Positions 30,278-40,012 of a DNA stretch of 64,000 bases are shown here, piece by piece; the first letter of the stretch is position 1, and the number at the start of each line of letters is the position of its first letter. The translations under genes were made by a program, and so were the position numbers. The notes under the pieces were generated by a model. The model made no database searches, was not told where the DNA came from, and saw only the letters and a list, made by a program, of their open reading frames with translations. This DNA comes from a virus, in IMG/VR virus record IMGVR_UViG_3300025405_000009, positions 32,001 through 96,000 of that record; one strand, given 5' to 3'.

Positions 30278-30534
30278 AGAGAAGTATTCTTTTGATAGAT
30301 GGTGTCGTAATCCGGTACAACTTCTTTTTTATGTGAAGCTATAAAACCATCTGCTTGACGGCCGGATTCAAATATCATTTCAACCCGACCACTACGACTT
30401 CCAAATATATATTTTAAACCGTTTTCAATAGCCGTAATACTTAAAATATTATATTGCTCCTTTATTTTGAATTTACTATCCCAATTATTTGTATGCTTTA
30501 ATACAACAAAACTGGTACCAATAATATAATGCAT
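30274..30534 (-). CDS. Hypothetical protein
   Basis: 86 aa ORF in a tightly packed minus-strand run. Confidence 0.55.
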   Translation of the reverse strand: MHYIIGTSFVVLKHTNNWDSKFKIKEQYNILSITAIENGLKYIFGSRSGRVEMIFESGRQADGFIASHKKEVVPDYDTIYQKNTSL

Positions 30535-30535
30535 A

Positions 30536-30823
30536 TTAGATAGTTACTTCAGCTTCCTGTTTTTCTAGTTCATTAAGATCACTTTTCATTGATCCAAAAC
30601 GCTCCTCAATGTATTTTTGAAAAGCAAGTGGCTTAACCCAATCTACTTCTGCAGCTCCAACTACTGTTGAACGCTTTTTTAATTGCTCAACGCGCTTACT
30701 TACAAATTCAATTCCTTCTAAAAGACACAACCAACGAGAATATTCATCCTCTGTCATAGTGTGTGATTTTGCTTCTGTGTTAATTGTTATATATTTTTTT
30801 GATGATGGCGATTGCATACCCAA
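30536..30823 (-). CDS. Hypothetical protein
   Basis: 95 aa ORF, tight packing. Confidence 0.6.
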   Translation of the reverse strand: MGMQSPSSKKYITINTEAKSHTMTEDEYSRWLCLLEGIEFVSKRVEQLKKRSTVVGAAEVDWVKPLAFQKYIEERFGSMKSDLNELEKQEAEVTI

Positions 30824-31235
30824 GCATTATGAATGAAACGCGCTTAACGTCAAGAATATTTTTTTGTTTATTTAAAATATCTGTGATACTACCAATTGCA
30901 TCCAAGCTAGTCTGCATACTTTTAATATTATCTAATATTGCTCTTTGAACCACTGGCTTTACATCATCAGAAATTGTACTTGTAATAACTGACTTAGATA
31001 ATGTATCACCATACAGTGATAAAAAATTTTTAATAATACTTCTTTCAGATTGTATATCTTTTTTAAAATATGCTCTGCCTTCTTCAACTGCAGAATAATC
31101 AGCTATAGGAACATTATGTCTAATAGTATCAACAATACTATCTACCTTAACTGTTGCTTCTTCTGATTTTGTATTAAAAGGATCTGATGACCCTGTTATA
31201 GAAGTTAGAGTATTGATACTATCAGGAATTTCCAT
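30780..31235 (-). CDS. Hypothetical helical protein
   Basis: 151 aa ORF, tight packing. Confidence 0.6.
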   Translation of the reverse strand: MEIPDSINTLTSITGSSDPFNTKSEEATVKVDSIVDTIRHNVPIADYSAVEEGRAYFKKDIQSERSIIKNFLSLYGDTLSKSVITSTISDDVKPVVQRAILDNIKSMQTSLDAIGSITDILNKQKNILDVKRVSFIMLGYAIAIIKKIYNN

Positions 31236-31659
31236 TGGATATGCTTGTAAGAAGAGGTGCTAGAGCTGTCGTAGTATCTGTACTAATAATGGGTTCTGTT
31301 TGTAACGCTGTTTCGGCATTTATAAAAACTGAAATTGACTTCTCACAGTCACCACATTTATACATATTAACATCATTAAGACGAATAGGAACAAAATCTT
31401 TACGTTTCTTACTACAGGGGCACAATACTTCAAGTCCTTGATAACTGAATTCCTTTATACGTTCGTTTTCAAGTTGTTTATTTCTTAAAGTTATATACGC
31501 ATCTAAGGCTGAGACATAGCCATTATAAATTACAAATTGAAGTACAACAGCTATTAAAAATCCAATCCAAAACTTTACACCTAAAAGTGTTAAAATAAAC
31601 GCAAGTAACAAAGATACAGTTATTAGTGTAATTAAAGATGTAACAAGCCGTATATTCAT
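31222..31659 (-). CDS. Two-TM membrane protein with C-terminal CxC...CxxC zinc ribbon (start probably ATG 31659)
   Basis: Two hydrophobic segments, then LCPCSK...KCGDCEK; TTGATT(31690..31695)-N17-TATTAT(31667..31672) 7 nt upstream. Confidence 0.65.
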   Translation of the reverse strand: MNIRLVTSLITLITVSLLLAFILTLLGVKFWIGFLIAVVLQFVIYNGYVSALDAYITLRNKQLENERIKEFSYQGLEVLCPCSKKRKDFVPIRLNDVNMYKCGDCEKSISVFINAETALQTEPIISTDTTTALAPLLTSISNGNS

Positions 31660-31691
31660 TATTAATATAATAATACCAACAACTTGTAAAA

Positions 31692-32099
31692 TCAACGATC
31701 GTCGTTAGGATCAGCAATTTCTGTACTATCCTCACCAACTGTACGAATTACATTTTTTAGACAGCTCATTGAATCCTCTAGATGACTAATAATAGTAGAA
31801 ACTTCCTCTTCTAATTTTTTATCCTTTTTAACAATAGGTGCTTCTAATGCATTCTTAAAAGCATTTATGGAACCAACTGTGTTACTAATTAATTCACTTA
31901 ATATATTGGCAGCGTTTATTAATTGATAGGGTAAAACATTATCAGCTTTTGCAGTATTAGGGCTCTGATCAGTATCATAATCTTGACTTACAAGATCTTT
32001 AAATTTCATTCTCTGGGAGGCAAACTCACGTGAAGCTTGTCCGCTTACCCATTTATTATAGCCCATTGTAGCATCTTCGAATAAAACTTTCTTTTTCAC
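31692..32099 (-). CDS. Hypothetical late protein
   Basis: TATAAATA at 32106..32113, 6 nt before GTG. Confidence 0.7.
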   Translation of the reverse strand: MKKKVLFEDATMGYNKWVSGQASREFASQRMKFKDLVSQDYDTDQSPNTAKADNVLPYQLINAANILSELISNTVGSINAFKNALEAPIVKKDKKLEEEVSTIISHLEDSMSCLKNVIRTVGEDSTEIADPNDDR

Positions 32100-32137
32100 T
32101 ACGATTATTTATAGCGTCGGAGTATAAATAATAGTAT

Positions 32138-32545
32138 ATGTTGTTTAAATCTAGATTTGATTTTGTATTAGAAGCTGATGATCAAACACCAGATGAGGCT
32201 CCTGTAACTCCTGTTAATGATAAGGAAGCAATGGCACAGACTCTTGATACAGCTAAGCCTGATGATTTTAATGTTCAGGCTGCTGAGCGTCAAAAGAGAG
32301 TAGATCACGTAAAGATTGCTCAAATTAATACTCTTAATGAATGGATAGCAAAGATTGATGATTTTATTGTATTTTTAAATGATACAAAATCTGATTCAAT
32401 GCAGATTCAACTTCATTCAGCTCCTTGTGATACAATGTTTGAAAAGATTGCTACAAGTGAAAAGAAAAAGATTTCACGTCTTGCAGCTGATTTAGGTAAT
32501 CTCGGTCAATCACTTAAGGGATATCTTGCCTCTGCTAATGACTAA
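32138..32545 (+). CDS. Hypothetical late protein, CTS-like N-terminus (MLFKSRFDFVLE)
   Basis: TATAAATA at 32123..32130, 7 nt before ATG. Confidence 0.7.
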   Translation: MLFKSRFDFVLEADDQTPDEAPVTPVNDKEAMAQTLDTAKPDDFNVQAAERQKRVDHVKIAQINTLNEWIAKIDDFIVFLNDTKSDSMQIQLHSAPCDTMFEKIATSEKKKISRLAADLGNLGQSLKGYLASAND

Positions 32546-33566
32546 TATTCGACATTAAGAGCTTTGCTTTTAATCCTTCGTGTGAGTTTTTAATAATAAA
32601 TTGCGGAGAAACTTCATCAATTTTTGCTGCAATACAGACGTCATTTAAGTCTTTAAACTGTTTGCCAATTTTTTCAGGCCATATAAAAACAGTTTCTCCG
32701 TTATCTAAGAGACGTTTTGTTTTATTATAGCTAGCCGAATCCAGCCACTGGCTGTCTAAAACCCAAATTTTCTTATATAATTTATAGCTGTTTAGTTGTT
32801 CTCTTTGAATGTGAGAAAGTGTCTTGTCACTCTTTTCTTGAATACCGGCGACAGCTGTTCCGTTCTTTACAAAAAAAGCATCAATAGGCCCTTCAAATAT
32901 GAATATGTATTCAAGATCATCATTAATCTTGTTTAGGTTAAAGAGTGTCTTATCACCATTAAACTTACCAAGGTATTTTGGAATACCTTTATCATTATCA
33001 TATATAGCTCTTGTCTGATAAAACAAAATTTCACCTGCTTCATTATAAAATGGTATTACAATTCTATTTTTTTGAAATTTATCAGTTAAGGATACCCAGA
33101 GAGAGTCTGGTTTGTTAACAGCAGAATTGAGTCTCCTGTTGGTAATTATAGTTAATGCATCATTGACGACTTTATTGTCTTTAAAATAGGACAATTGATC
33201 TTTATCAAAGAGATTAATACAATCTAAAGGTAACGTTTCTGACTCAAATGTCTTTTTGGAGGTATATTCTTCCTTATTAATATCTACAGGTAAAATATCG
33301 TATGCACCAACTTCATTAATTATTTCTTTAAACGAAAGACCAGATACTTCCTGTATCCATCTTAAGGGCTTGCTTGCCCAACCGCAGTTATGACAACATA
33401 TGTAATCATCATCTACGATATAGTAACACCTACTTTTTCGCATCCACGACTTACCCTCCCTACAAATAGGACACCCAGCCTCATATGTATTAGTGTACTT
33501 TTTGTACTTAGGATAGCCTGCGTACTGATAAAATTTTTGTACAGTATATGCTTGAGGTAATATCAC
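32535..33566 (-). CDS. gp61: DNA primase
   Basis: CPICREG...CHNCG zinc finger; RIVIPFY, YQTRAI, KY, TOPRIM FIFEGPIDAFF, VLD, KDLND. Confidence 0.93.
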   Translation of the reverse strand: MILPQAYTVQKFYQYAGYPKYKKYTNTYEAGCPICREGKSWMRKSRCYYIVDDDYICCHNCGWASKPLRWIQEVSGLSFKEIINEVGAYDILPVDINKEEYTSKKTFESETLPLDCINLFDKDQLSYFKDNKVVNDALTIITNRRLNSAVNKPDSLWVSLTDKFQKNRIVIPFYNEAGEILFYQTRAIYDNDKGIPKYLGKFNGDKTLFNLNKINDDLEYIFIFEGPIDAFFVKNGTAVAGIQEKSDKTLSHIQREQLNSYKLYKKIWVLDSQWLDSASYNKTKRLLDNGETVFIWPEKIGKQFKDLNDVCIAAKIDEVSPQFIIKNSHEGLKAKLLMSNISH

Positions 33567-33602
33567 ACTATGATTATAGTGCCCTCTATTATAAAAACAA
33601 GC

Positions 33603-33785
33603 TTACTCAGCTTTTTTTAAATTTTTTACTGAAACAACACCTTTGTATACAAATGTACCAGATGAAGGGTCTGTATAAATTGCTTCAGTAATTTCTTGAT
33701 TACCCTTAATGTATGTTCTCATTGTAGGGCGAATCGGTTCACCACTGATCGGTGATTGAATAATCTTTGGTTGGATCATGTCCAT
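33603..33785 (-). CDS. Small hypothetical late protein
   Basis: 60 aa; TAAATA at 33791..33796, 5 nt before ATG. Confidence 0.65.
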   Translation of the reverse strand: MDMIQPKIIQSPISGEPIRPTMRTYIKGNQEITEAIYTDPSSGTFVYKGVVSVKNLKKAE

Positions 33786-33800
33786 AATAATATTTAATAC

Positions 33801-34079
33801 TTATGCTGTAATTTGCTCTGTATTTTTATCATACTGTAGTTTACAAACATTGAAAACATTTTTTGGCATTTTTTCAACAACATCAATTATTTTTTCCTCT
33901 ATACCAAAATTAAACTTATCGCAAGGTATCTCCCGTACAACCATAGTAGGTAAAGAAAGAAATTTAAATACATTATCCATTGTTTCAATATAAACTAAAA
34001 GTTCACCAAGATAATATCCAGCAGTTACAGCATATATATGGCGTTGTATAGGATGTTGTTGTTTTTTCTTAAAGAACAT
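33801..34079 (-). CDS. Hypothetical protein
   Basis: 92 aa, start coupled to upstream stop. Confidence 0.6.
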   Translation of the reverse strand: MFFKKKQQHPIQRHIYAVTAGYYLGELLVYIETMDNVFKFLSLPTMVVREIPCDKFNFGIEEKIIDVVEKMPKNVFNVCKLQYDKNTEQITA

Positions 34080-34420
34080 TATTCGCTATCATTAAAGGGT
34101 CCGTGATTAATAAACTTATTAATAAGAGTTGTGAGAGAATCAGCTTCCTGTTGATTGTGTGCAGATATAATATTAATAGGAGTACCATCTAAAGCATATC
34201 CCATGATAATATATGATGATAAAAATTCTTCAATTATTGAAGATAATATCTCAACGTTTCTTGTATTACCATCCTTTGTATTAAGTTGTTCGCGAAGTTT
34301 AGCTGTTAAAGCTTTTTGAGTAAGATTTCGAATATCCTTTATATTTTTAGGATCATACTTATTCACCTCTTTTGAGGCTTTAGTTTTACGCTGTCTCTTT
34401 CTCGATGGATCGTCCTTCAT
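34079..34420 (-). CDS. Hypothetical protein
   Basis: 113 aa ORF in packed run. Confidence 0.6.
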   Translation of the reverse strand: MKDDPSRKRQRKTKASKEVNKYDPKNIKDIRNLTQKALTAKLREQLNTKDGNTRNVEILSSIIEEFLSSYIIMGYALDGTPINIISAHNQQEADSLTTLINKFINHGPFNDSE

Positions 34421-34769
34421 CGTTAGTATTTAATTTGGCAATATAACGATTGCGACCACGATAATCGTTGTTATTTGATACACCGTGTGTAATAAGATAA
34501 TCAATTATAACTTCAATACTATCTGTTTTTATATTATAATTCTTAGGTATACGATGGCCGCCATCATTTAATTCAAATAATGTTTCGTCCATTTCTGTCT
34601 TATTACTATAGCATGTAATCATTACTGAACTTTCGCTTGGATTAACCATGACAGTCCAGCGACGCGGATCGCTCTTTGCATATACTGAAAATAAACGTAG
34701 AACAACGAAACCGTTATCCTTAAGACGCTTTACAAAGTAACTTGGTGTTTTAATTTTATTTCTGCTCAT
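34386..34769 (-). CDS. Hypothetical protein
   Basis: 127 aa ORF directly downstream of the clamp gene. Confidence 0.65.
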   Translation of the reverse strand: MSRNKIKTPSYFVKRLKDNGFVVLRLFSVYAKSDPRRWTVMVNPSESSVMITCYSNKTEMDETLFELNDGGHRIPKNYNIKTDSIEVIIDYLITHGVSNNNDYRGRNRYIAKLNTNDEGRSIEKETA

Positions 34770-34774
34770 ATATT

Positions 34775-35506
34775 TTAATTTTCTAAGGCTGATATAACGA
34801 ATTTAAGATTCGTAGATTCAAGTGTTGTATCAAACATCAGTACTCCCATTTTAGTAATGAGCTGTGCGTCTATAGTTTTAAACTTCATACAAGAAATTAT
34901 ACGAAAAATTTCAAAATTCAAGGGTATTGGTTTTATAAATGGTTGACCTTGGTAATCTTCAGTAAGCTTCATTCCATATGAATCAGTATTGGCTCTTGTA
35001 AGATCAGTTAAATCACCGTATACAATACCATCTCTAAACGTAAGGTAAAGTTTATTTGTATCCGTAGCAATTACACTGCCCTTAATCAAGGAAGTAATAG
35101 CAGATTGAGTAAGACTAAATTTACCATCAAAGTTTAAAGCTTTTAATTTTTCTATATTAATTTTAGGTAACGAAATAATGTTATCCTCATAAAGATGATA
35201 TTTAAACCGAATAGCAGATGACGAGTATCCGATATTATTAGATTCAAGATTAAACTCTATTTCTTGTTCCTCAATACAAGCAAGAATTCTACAAAACTTT
35301 TTAATGTCTGGTACATTAAGCGTTTTTGTAATATTAATCTTATCATCGTTATACTGCGCACTAACAATAATAGTATTATCACTTGTTGCAATTAAGGAGG
35401 TAATCTGACCAGGTTTTACAATTAAAACAGCAGACTCTGCCACCTTACTAATTGGCAACAAAAAATTATTAAGAAATTTTTCCCTATCAGTAATATTAAG
35501 AATCAT
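34775..35506 (-). CDS. gp45: Probable DNA sliding clamp, gp45-like
   Basis: 243 aa two-domain beta-rich pattern (LNVPDIKKF..IL, FKYHL...IISLP); replication context; TTGATT-N16-TAATCT 7 nt upstream. Confidence 0.6.
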   Translation of the reverse strand: MILNITDREKFLNNFLLPISKVAESAVLIVKPGQITSLIATSDNTIIVSAQYNDDKINITKTLNVPDIKKFCRILACIEEQEIEFNLESNNIGYSSSAIRFKYHLYEDNIISLPKINIEKLKALNFDGKFSLTQSAITSLIKGSVIATDTNKLYLTFRDGIVYGDLTDLTRANTDSYGMKLTEDYQGQPFIKPIPLNFEIFRIISCMKFKTIDAQLITKMGVLMFDTTLESTNLKFVISALEN

Positions 35507-35546
35507 CTTTTTAAGATTAGATTAAATTTACTCTTAATCAACTGCA

Positions 35547-36059
35547 TTAAAGAGATATTGTTGCGGAAGCACGATTCTTTTTTTTAAGGGTCTCAATACT
35601 TGCAACAATATTTTCCTGACTTTCGATAATTAATTTTAATTTCTTTTCAATAGATTCAAGTTTATTAAAAATACTTTCAGTATAAGGACTAGTATTAAAA
35701 TTAAGTTCTAATTGATTAGGATCTGTAGGAGGAACAGTTGTTACTACTTGTGATGCAGTAACAACTGTATTACCTTGAAGTGATGCAAGAGACGGTATAA
35801 CTACCGGTCCTGCCTGTACTGAAGTGGGGGCTATAACAGAAACTGGAGCTAAAGCTGGAGCCGGCGCTGGTGCGGGCTGAGGTGCCGATCCTTGAGGAAT
35901 AGAGTTAAGCATTGCATTAGGGTCTAAGGACCCAGCAATTGGCTTAAGACTACTTACAATATTCTTATCAAGCTCTTTCATTTCCCCAAGATTCTGTCCG
36001 AGGAACTGTAAGGCAAGCAGCTTAGCCTCATCACCACTTACATCTCTAATAACATCCAT
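35547..36059 (-). CDS. Hypothetical protein with Pro/Ala linker and C-terminal coiled coil
   Basis: 170 aa, coupled to the gp32 stop. Confidence 0.65.
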   Translation of the reverse strand: MDVIRDVSGDEAKLLALQFLGQNLGEMKELDKNIVSSLKPIAGSLDPNAMLNSIPQGSAPQPAPAPAPALAPVSVIAPTSVQAGPVVIPSLASLQGNTVVTASQVVTTVPPTDPNQLELNFNTSPYTESIFNKLESIEKKLKLIIESQENIVASIETLKKKNRASATISL

Positions 36060-36925
36060 TAGTCTTCAAGTCCCTTAAGGAGCTCATTAATTGAATCATC
36101 GTCAATACTAGTCGACGCTGATACAGTTGGCTTAGCTGGAGCAGGTACTGGTTTAGCTGCAACGGGTGCTGGCTTTGAAACAACTTCTGTTGCTTCAGCT
36201 ACATCGGCTGTACAATGATAGTGCTCATTAAGCATCTCAACAAGCTCATCATAACTCTTAGCTGTGACATATGTCTCAAGATCATTAATGCCGTTATATA
36301 TCTCTTCATATGAGTCAGGGCTCAAGCCATTAATTGCGCTAGGTAGAGCAAACTTAGATGAAACAAACGTTGGATACTCACCTTGCTTTTCAACCTTAAT
36401 ACGAAGGTTGCAACCATTTGGAGAAAGATCAAAGATACGCGGACCAAAGTCAACGGAATCATCACCTTCAATAGCATCCATAATAATCTTATTAAGCTGT
36501 CGTCCAAAACGAAGAACCTTAATAGTACCGTTATTTTCAGGTGTTACAGGATCATTAACAACATAAACATTAACAAACCAATTCTCTTTACGGTTAAGAG
36601 CCTTTGACTTCTCCTTCTCTTCCTCAGAGCCATTACGACGAATACTAAAAAACGTCTCAGAAATTGGATCGCGCTGACCCCAAGTTGCTGGGCTCGTACA
36701 AGTTACAAAACGACCAGTAGAAAAACTATTCCAACCGTATGAAAAATAATTAAAGAATGTCTTACTTGTTTCTTTAATATTTGGAAGAAGACGTACAACG
36801 TACGTGTTTCCTGGTGTAGTTTTAAGAATATCCTTATACTTTACATTAGTAGCGGTATTCTCGTTAGTTTTTGTAAGAGCAGACTTAATGCTGTCAAACA
36901 TGGATGATGTGAATGCGGTATTCAT
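36059..36925 (-). CDS. gp32: Single-stranded DNA-binding protein
   Basis: VRLLP, RKENWFVNVYVVNDP..PENNG..K..RFG..L.KI, IFD, acidic tail DDDSINELLKGLED. Confidence 0.85.
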   Translation of the reverse strand: MNTAFTSSMFDSIKSALTKTNENTATNVKYKDILKTTPGNTYVVRLLPNIKETSKTFFNYFSYGWNSFSTGRFVTCTSPATWGQRDPISETFFSIRRNGSEEEKEKSKALNRKENWFVNVYVVNDPVTPENNGTIKVLRFGRQLNKIIMDAIEGDDSVDFGPRIFDLSPNGCNLRIKVEKQGEYPTFVSSKFALPSAINGLSPDSYEEIYNGINDLETYVTAKSYDELVEMLNEHYHCTADVAEATEVVSKPAPVAAKPVPAPAKPTVSASTSIDDDSINELLKGLED

Positions 36926-36935
36926 AATTTAGTTT

Positions 36936-36964
36936 AATATAGTTTGTATTTTTTGTTTAGTCAA
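36936..36964 (-). promoter_or_regulatory. Sigma70-like promoter TTGACT-N17-TATATT, 10 nt before gp32 ATG
   Basis: -35 at 36959..36964, -10 at 36936..36941. Confidence 0.7.
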
Positions 36965-36967
36965 GTT

Positions 36968-36991
36968 TTATTTTGTTATTTTGTTATTTTG
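36968..36991. repeat. Tandem repeat (TTATTTTG)x3 spanning the gp59 stop, just upstream of the gp32 -35
   Basis: Three exact 8-nt copies read directly. Confidence 0.85.
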
Positions 36992-37629
36992 TTTATACCA
37001 AGTTCTATAAACTTTCGTGCTTTAATTGAATTAAAGTATTTGGTTCTTAGTGTCGGTATATTATTTACTAGGTCTTCTCCCAATATAAATGCAAGAATTT
37101 CAGAATCAACTGACTTAAATGCTTTTTCAAAAAGAATAAAACCAAATAGACAATAAACATTTATTCTATGTTCCTTTAAGTGCAATAAGAATGAAAACAT
37201 GTTATTTGTTTTATGATTAATATATTCATCTACAGAGATATTATTATCTTTACAGAAGTTTGAAATAAATCTCAATGACTGTTGTATATTTTCAAGCTGT
37301 TCCTGGCTATCAGGGCTCATCATTAAAAGTTTTTGTTGATACAGCATATAAGCTTTAGTTGCTTTAAGTGTAGTATAATAATCTAAATCAAAATACTTTT
37401 CATCTGAATACACTTTATACGGTGCATTAAAAAACTCTTCAATTTTAATATGTTTAAATTTATTAAAAAATATAGAAAGTTTTTTAAGATTATTGATATC
37501 TATATCTTTCATCTTACTAAAGTCCTTTCTAAGTTTATACGGCAAGTTATTTGCCGTTCTAGCTGACTTTAAAAAATTATTATAGATATATTGTTCAAAT
37601 TTTGAAACATCAATATCTAAATCAGGCAT
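36976..37629 (-). CDS. Probable helicase loader, gp59-like
   Basis: 217 aa, basic and aromatic-rich, directly upstream of gp32 as in T4; similarity weak by eye. Confidence 0.5.
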   Translation of the reverse strand: MPDLDIDVSKFEQYIYNNFLKSARTANNLPYKLRKDFSKMKDIDINNLKKLSIFFNKFKHIKIEEFFNAPYKVYSDEKYFDLDYYTTLKATKAYMLYQQKLLMMSPDSQEQLENIQQSLRFISNFCKDNNISVDEYINHKTNNMFSFLLHLKEHRINVYCLFGFILFEKAFKSVDSEILAFILGEDLVNNIPTLRTKYFNSIKARKFIELGINKITK

Positions 37630-37631
37630 TA

Positions 37632-37940
37632 CTAAATTGTAACATATCCCTTATCATTATTCAATGGTGAACCTTTTGAATTAAGATATTTCATAATGTA
37701 TTTACTTTTATGTAGGCTTGGATCGAATTTTAAAAAGATTTGAACAGCTGCGTAATCAGTTTCAGCATCACAGTAAACTTTGAATAAATCTCTAAGCGTT
37801 TTGTTTTGCAGAAAAACTAAAAACACATTTGCAAGATTCATTTTCTTTGTATACATCAAAGCTACTAAAGAACAAAATGACAGAAATAAATGCTCTGCCT
37901 CATATTCTGTTATTGTACAATCGTCTGGTAAATCTTTCAT
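37632..37940 (-). CDS. Hypothetical protein (occupies the position of gp33 in T4)
   Basis: 102 aa ORF between helicase and gp59-like gene. Confidence 0.55.
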   Translation of the reverse strand: MKDLPDDCTITEYEAEHLFLSFCSLVALMYTKKMNLANVFLVFLQNKTLRDLFKVYCDAETDYAAVQIFLKFDPSLHKSKYIMKYLNSKGSPLNNDKGYVTI

Positions 37941-37989
37941 TGATGTGGATAATAACTAATTATCCATACAGTACTTCAAAATCAATGTT

Positions 37990-39312
37990 TTATAGTGAAA
38001 GACTTGCGAGTGTACTTGTTGTAGAGCTCAAAGCCTGTGTATCATTAACGTGTTCATCTTCTGTTAATGTTAAGGTTGAGTAGTCAATACGTAATACACA
38101 ACTACCAAAATTAGGTCCAAAACGATTTTTCATAAAACCCATTTTGATGACTCCTAGCTCACGATCAGTTACTTCCTGCCATATACTTAAAATTACGTCT
38201 GCCGTCATAGCAAGACCCATACTCTCAGAGATTGTATTCATTCCAGGATCTGAAGTAGAGAATCCTGAGCGATTTAACTGAGTAGCTGAGATAATTGGAC
38301 AATTAAAGACATAAGATAGAGCACGAAGTTGCTCTGTAATCTTTTTAATCTTTTCATAGCTATTATTGCCATCTTGAATAGTAAACAAATTTACATAGTC
38401 AACAACAATAGCATCAAATTTATACCCTTGAGTTAACAACTTTTTAATGTAAGCCTGAAGATAACTAATAGTAATAGTCGATGGTGGGAATTCCTTAATA
38501 AGAATCTTTGCATTAGGATTTGATGATGCGTGATTCTCAAGACTATGTTTTAACGTTGTAGTATCTGACTTAATTCTACTAAGAGGAATTTTAGTAATGT
38601 TTGAAGACAGACGTTGAGCGTAAATTAACTCTGGCATTTCAAGAGTTACTAATAGAACACTCTTTCCCTGATTAGCTATATTAATTGCAACATTACCTAA
38701 GAAGATACTCTTACCAATATTTGTCTCACCGGTAAACAAATATAATGATCTACCCGACTCTAAAAAACCTCCGTTTATTCTCTCATCTAGCCAATCCCAA
38801 CCAGTAGGAATATAACTTACTTCTGAATTTAAATTATCAACAAGTACATCTACATCCTTTAGCAAATCATGACCTACATTTGTAGTAAGTGAAACATTAC
38901 ATGCTTTTTCAAACTTTTCTAAAATAGTAGATGTATTAACCTGATTTTTATTCAAGTCATCAACAACATCCATCATTGTATGAAAAACGGCTTTTTCTTT
39001 TAAGAACGTTTCTGTATTTTGAGATAGCTCATCAGCATTTAAATTCTTATCAATATCTGTAAATGTACCAACAACTTTCTTAAAAGAATTTTTAAGTTCT
39101 GAAGTAGTAAGATATGTCTTAATCTCTGTTAGTGTTGGACATGTTCCGCGATTAGAAAAAAAATCTCTAATAATACTAAAGATACTTTTTATATCATCAT
39201 TCTTAAAATATTTTGGATCTACATAATCAACAATTGATGAAAGGTATGTTTCATCAGTTAGAGATTTATAAACAATTACTGTTTCAAAGTAATCTAGATC
39301 CAGTTTCGACAT
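37990..39312 (-). CDS. gp41: Replicative DnaB-family helicase
   Basis: GETNIGKS Walker A, VTLEM, IKEFPP, IVVDY, SATQLNRSG, SESMGL..TAD, KNRFG. Confidence 0.95.
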   Translation of the reverse strand: MSKLDLDYFETVIVYKSLTDETYLSSIVDYVDPKYFKNDDIKSIFSIIRDFFSNRGTCPTLTEIKTYLTTSELKNSFKKVVGTFTDIDKNLNADELSQNTETFLKEKAVFHTMMDVVDDLNKNQVNTSTILEKFEKACNVSLTTNVGHDLLKDVDVLVDNLNSEVSYIPTGWDWLDERINGGFLESGRSLYLFTGETNIGKSIFLGNVAINIANQGKSVLLVTLEMPELIYAQRLSSNITKIPLSRIKSDTTTLKHSLENHASSNPNAKILIKEFPPSTITISYLQAYIKKLLTQGYKFDAIVVDYVNLFTIQDGNNSYEKIKKITEQLRALSYVFNCPIISATQLNRSGFSTSDPGMNTISESMGLAMTADVILSIWQEVTDRELGVIKMGFMKNRFGPNFGSCVLRIDYSTLTLTEDEHVNDTQALSSTTSTLASLSL

Positions 39313-39337
39313 GCAATAATAATACTATCTTATGCTA

Positions 39338-40012
39338 TTAATAGCTAGCATATTCTTTTAGAAATTGTGTTTGATTCTTTACGAATGTTTTATCTTCAAA
39401 AGATCGTAATCCAGGAGATGCATGAATGAGATGAATAGGAGCTACACCAATTTTAAGTTTCTTCTTATTAGCATCCAAACAACTTGAAATATCGTAATGA
39501 TGAAACGTATAATTTTCATTAAACTTCCATCCTGCTTCTTTAACTTTCTTAACATTAACTGACATAAAGACACCGTCAATAATAGCTACTCTTGCCGGTG
39601 TAGGTCCAAAAGGAGTTACCATCGACATTCCATCGTGAAGATGTGCTACAGCTCCGTGAAGAGTACCACCTCCAAAACCACCACACATTATATGCCAGAG
39701 AACCGGAGTTTGAATTTTACAATTATTACCACCTGCAACTCCTACTATATCATATTTTTCATGATACTTTTCAAGTTTTGCTTCCAGCATTGCATCATCA
39801 AAATAAACATCATCATGACAGAAAGCAATATAATCATAATTGTGATTTGAATATAAAAATTCATTATACCTTTTGCTAAGACCTTCTTTATTATTTTTAT
39901 AAAGATGTACAGTAATTGGATTCTTAATATATTCGTTAATTACATCAACACTATGTTTAAGTATAGGTGTTAAATTGTCTTTTACACAGGAGAATATGGC
40001 AATGTTACTCAT
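39338..40012 (-). CDS. GT-A fold glycosyltransferase (GT2-like)
   Basis: GLSKRYN, AFCHDDVYF (DxD-type), VGVAG, VAIIDGVFM, FHHYDISSCL, H.SPG. Confidence 0.7.
   Translation of the reverse strand: MSNIAIFSCVKDNLTPILKHSVDVINEYIKNPITVHLYKNNKEGLSKRYNEFLYSNHNYDYIAFCHDDVYFDDAMLEAKLEKYHEKYDIVGVAGGNNCKIQTPVLWHIMCGGFGGGTLHGAVAHLHDGMSMVTPFGPTPARVAIIDGVFMSVNVKKVKEAGWKFNENYTFHHYDISSCLDANKKKLKIGVAPIHLIHASPGLRSFEDKTFVKNQTQFLKEYASY

Noticed and set aside
37632-37940. gp33 late co-activator
   Set aside because: Position and size fit, but the gp33 sequence pattern is not convincingly present; left as hypothetical
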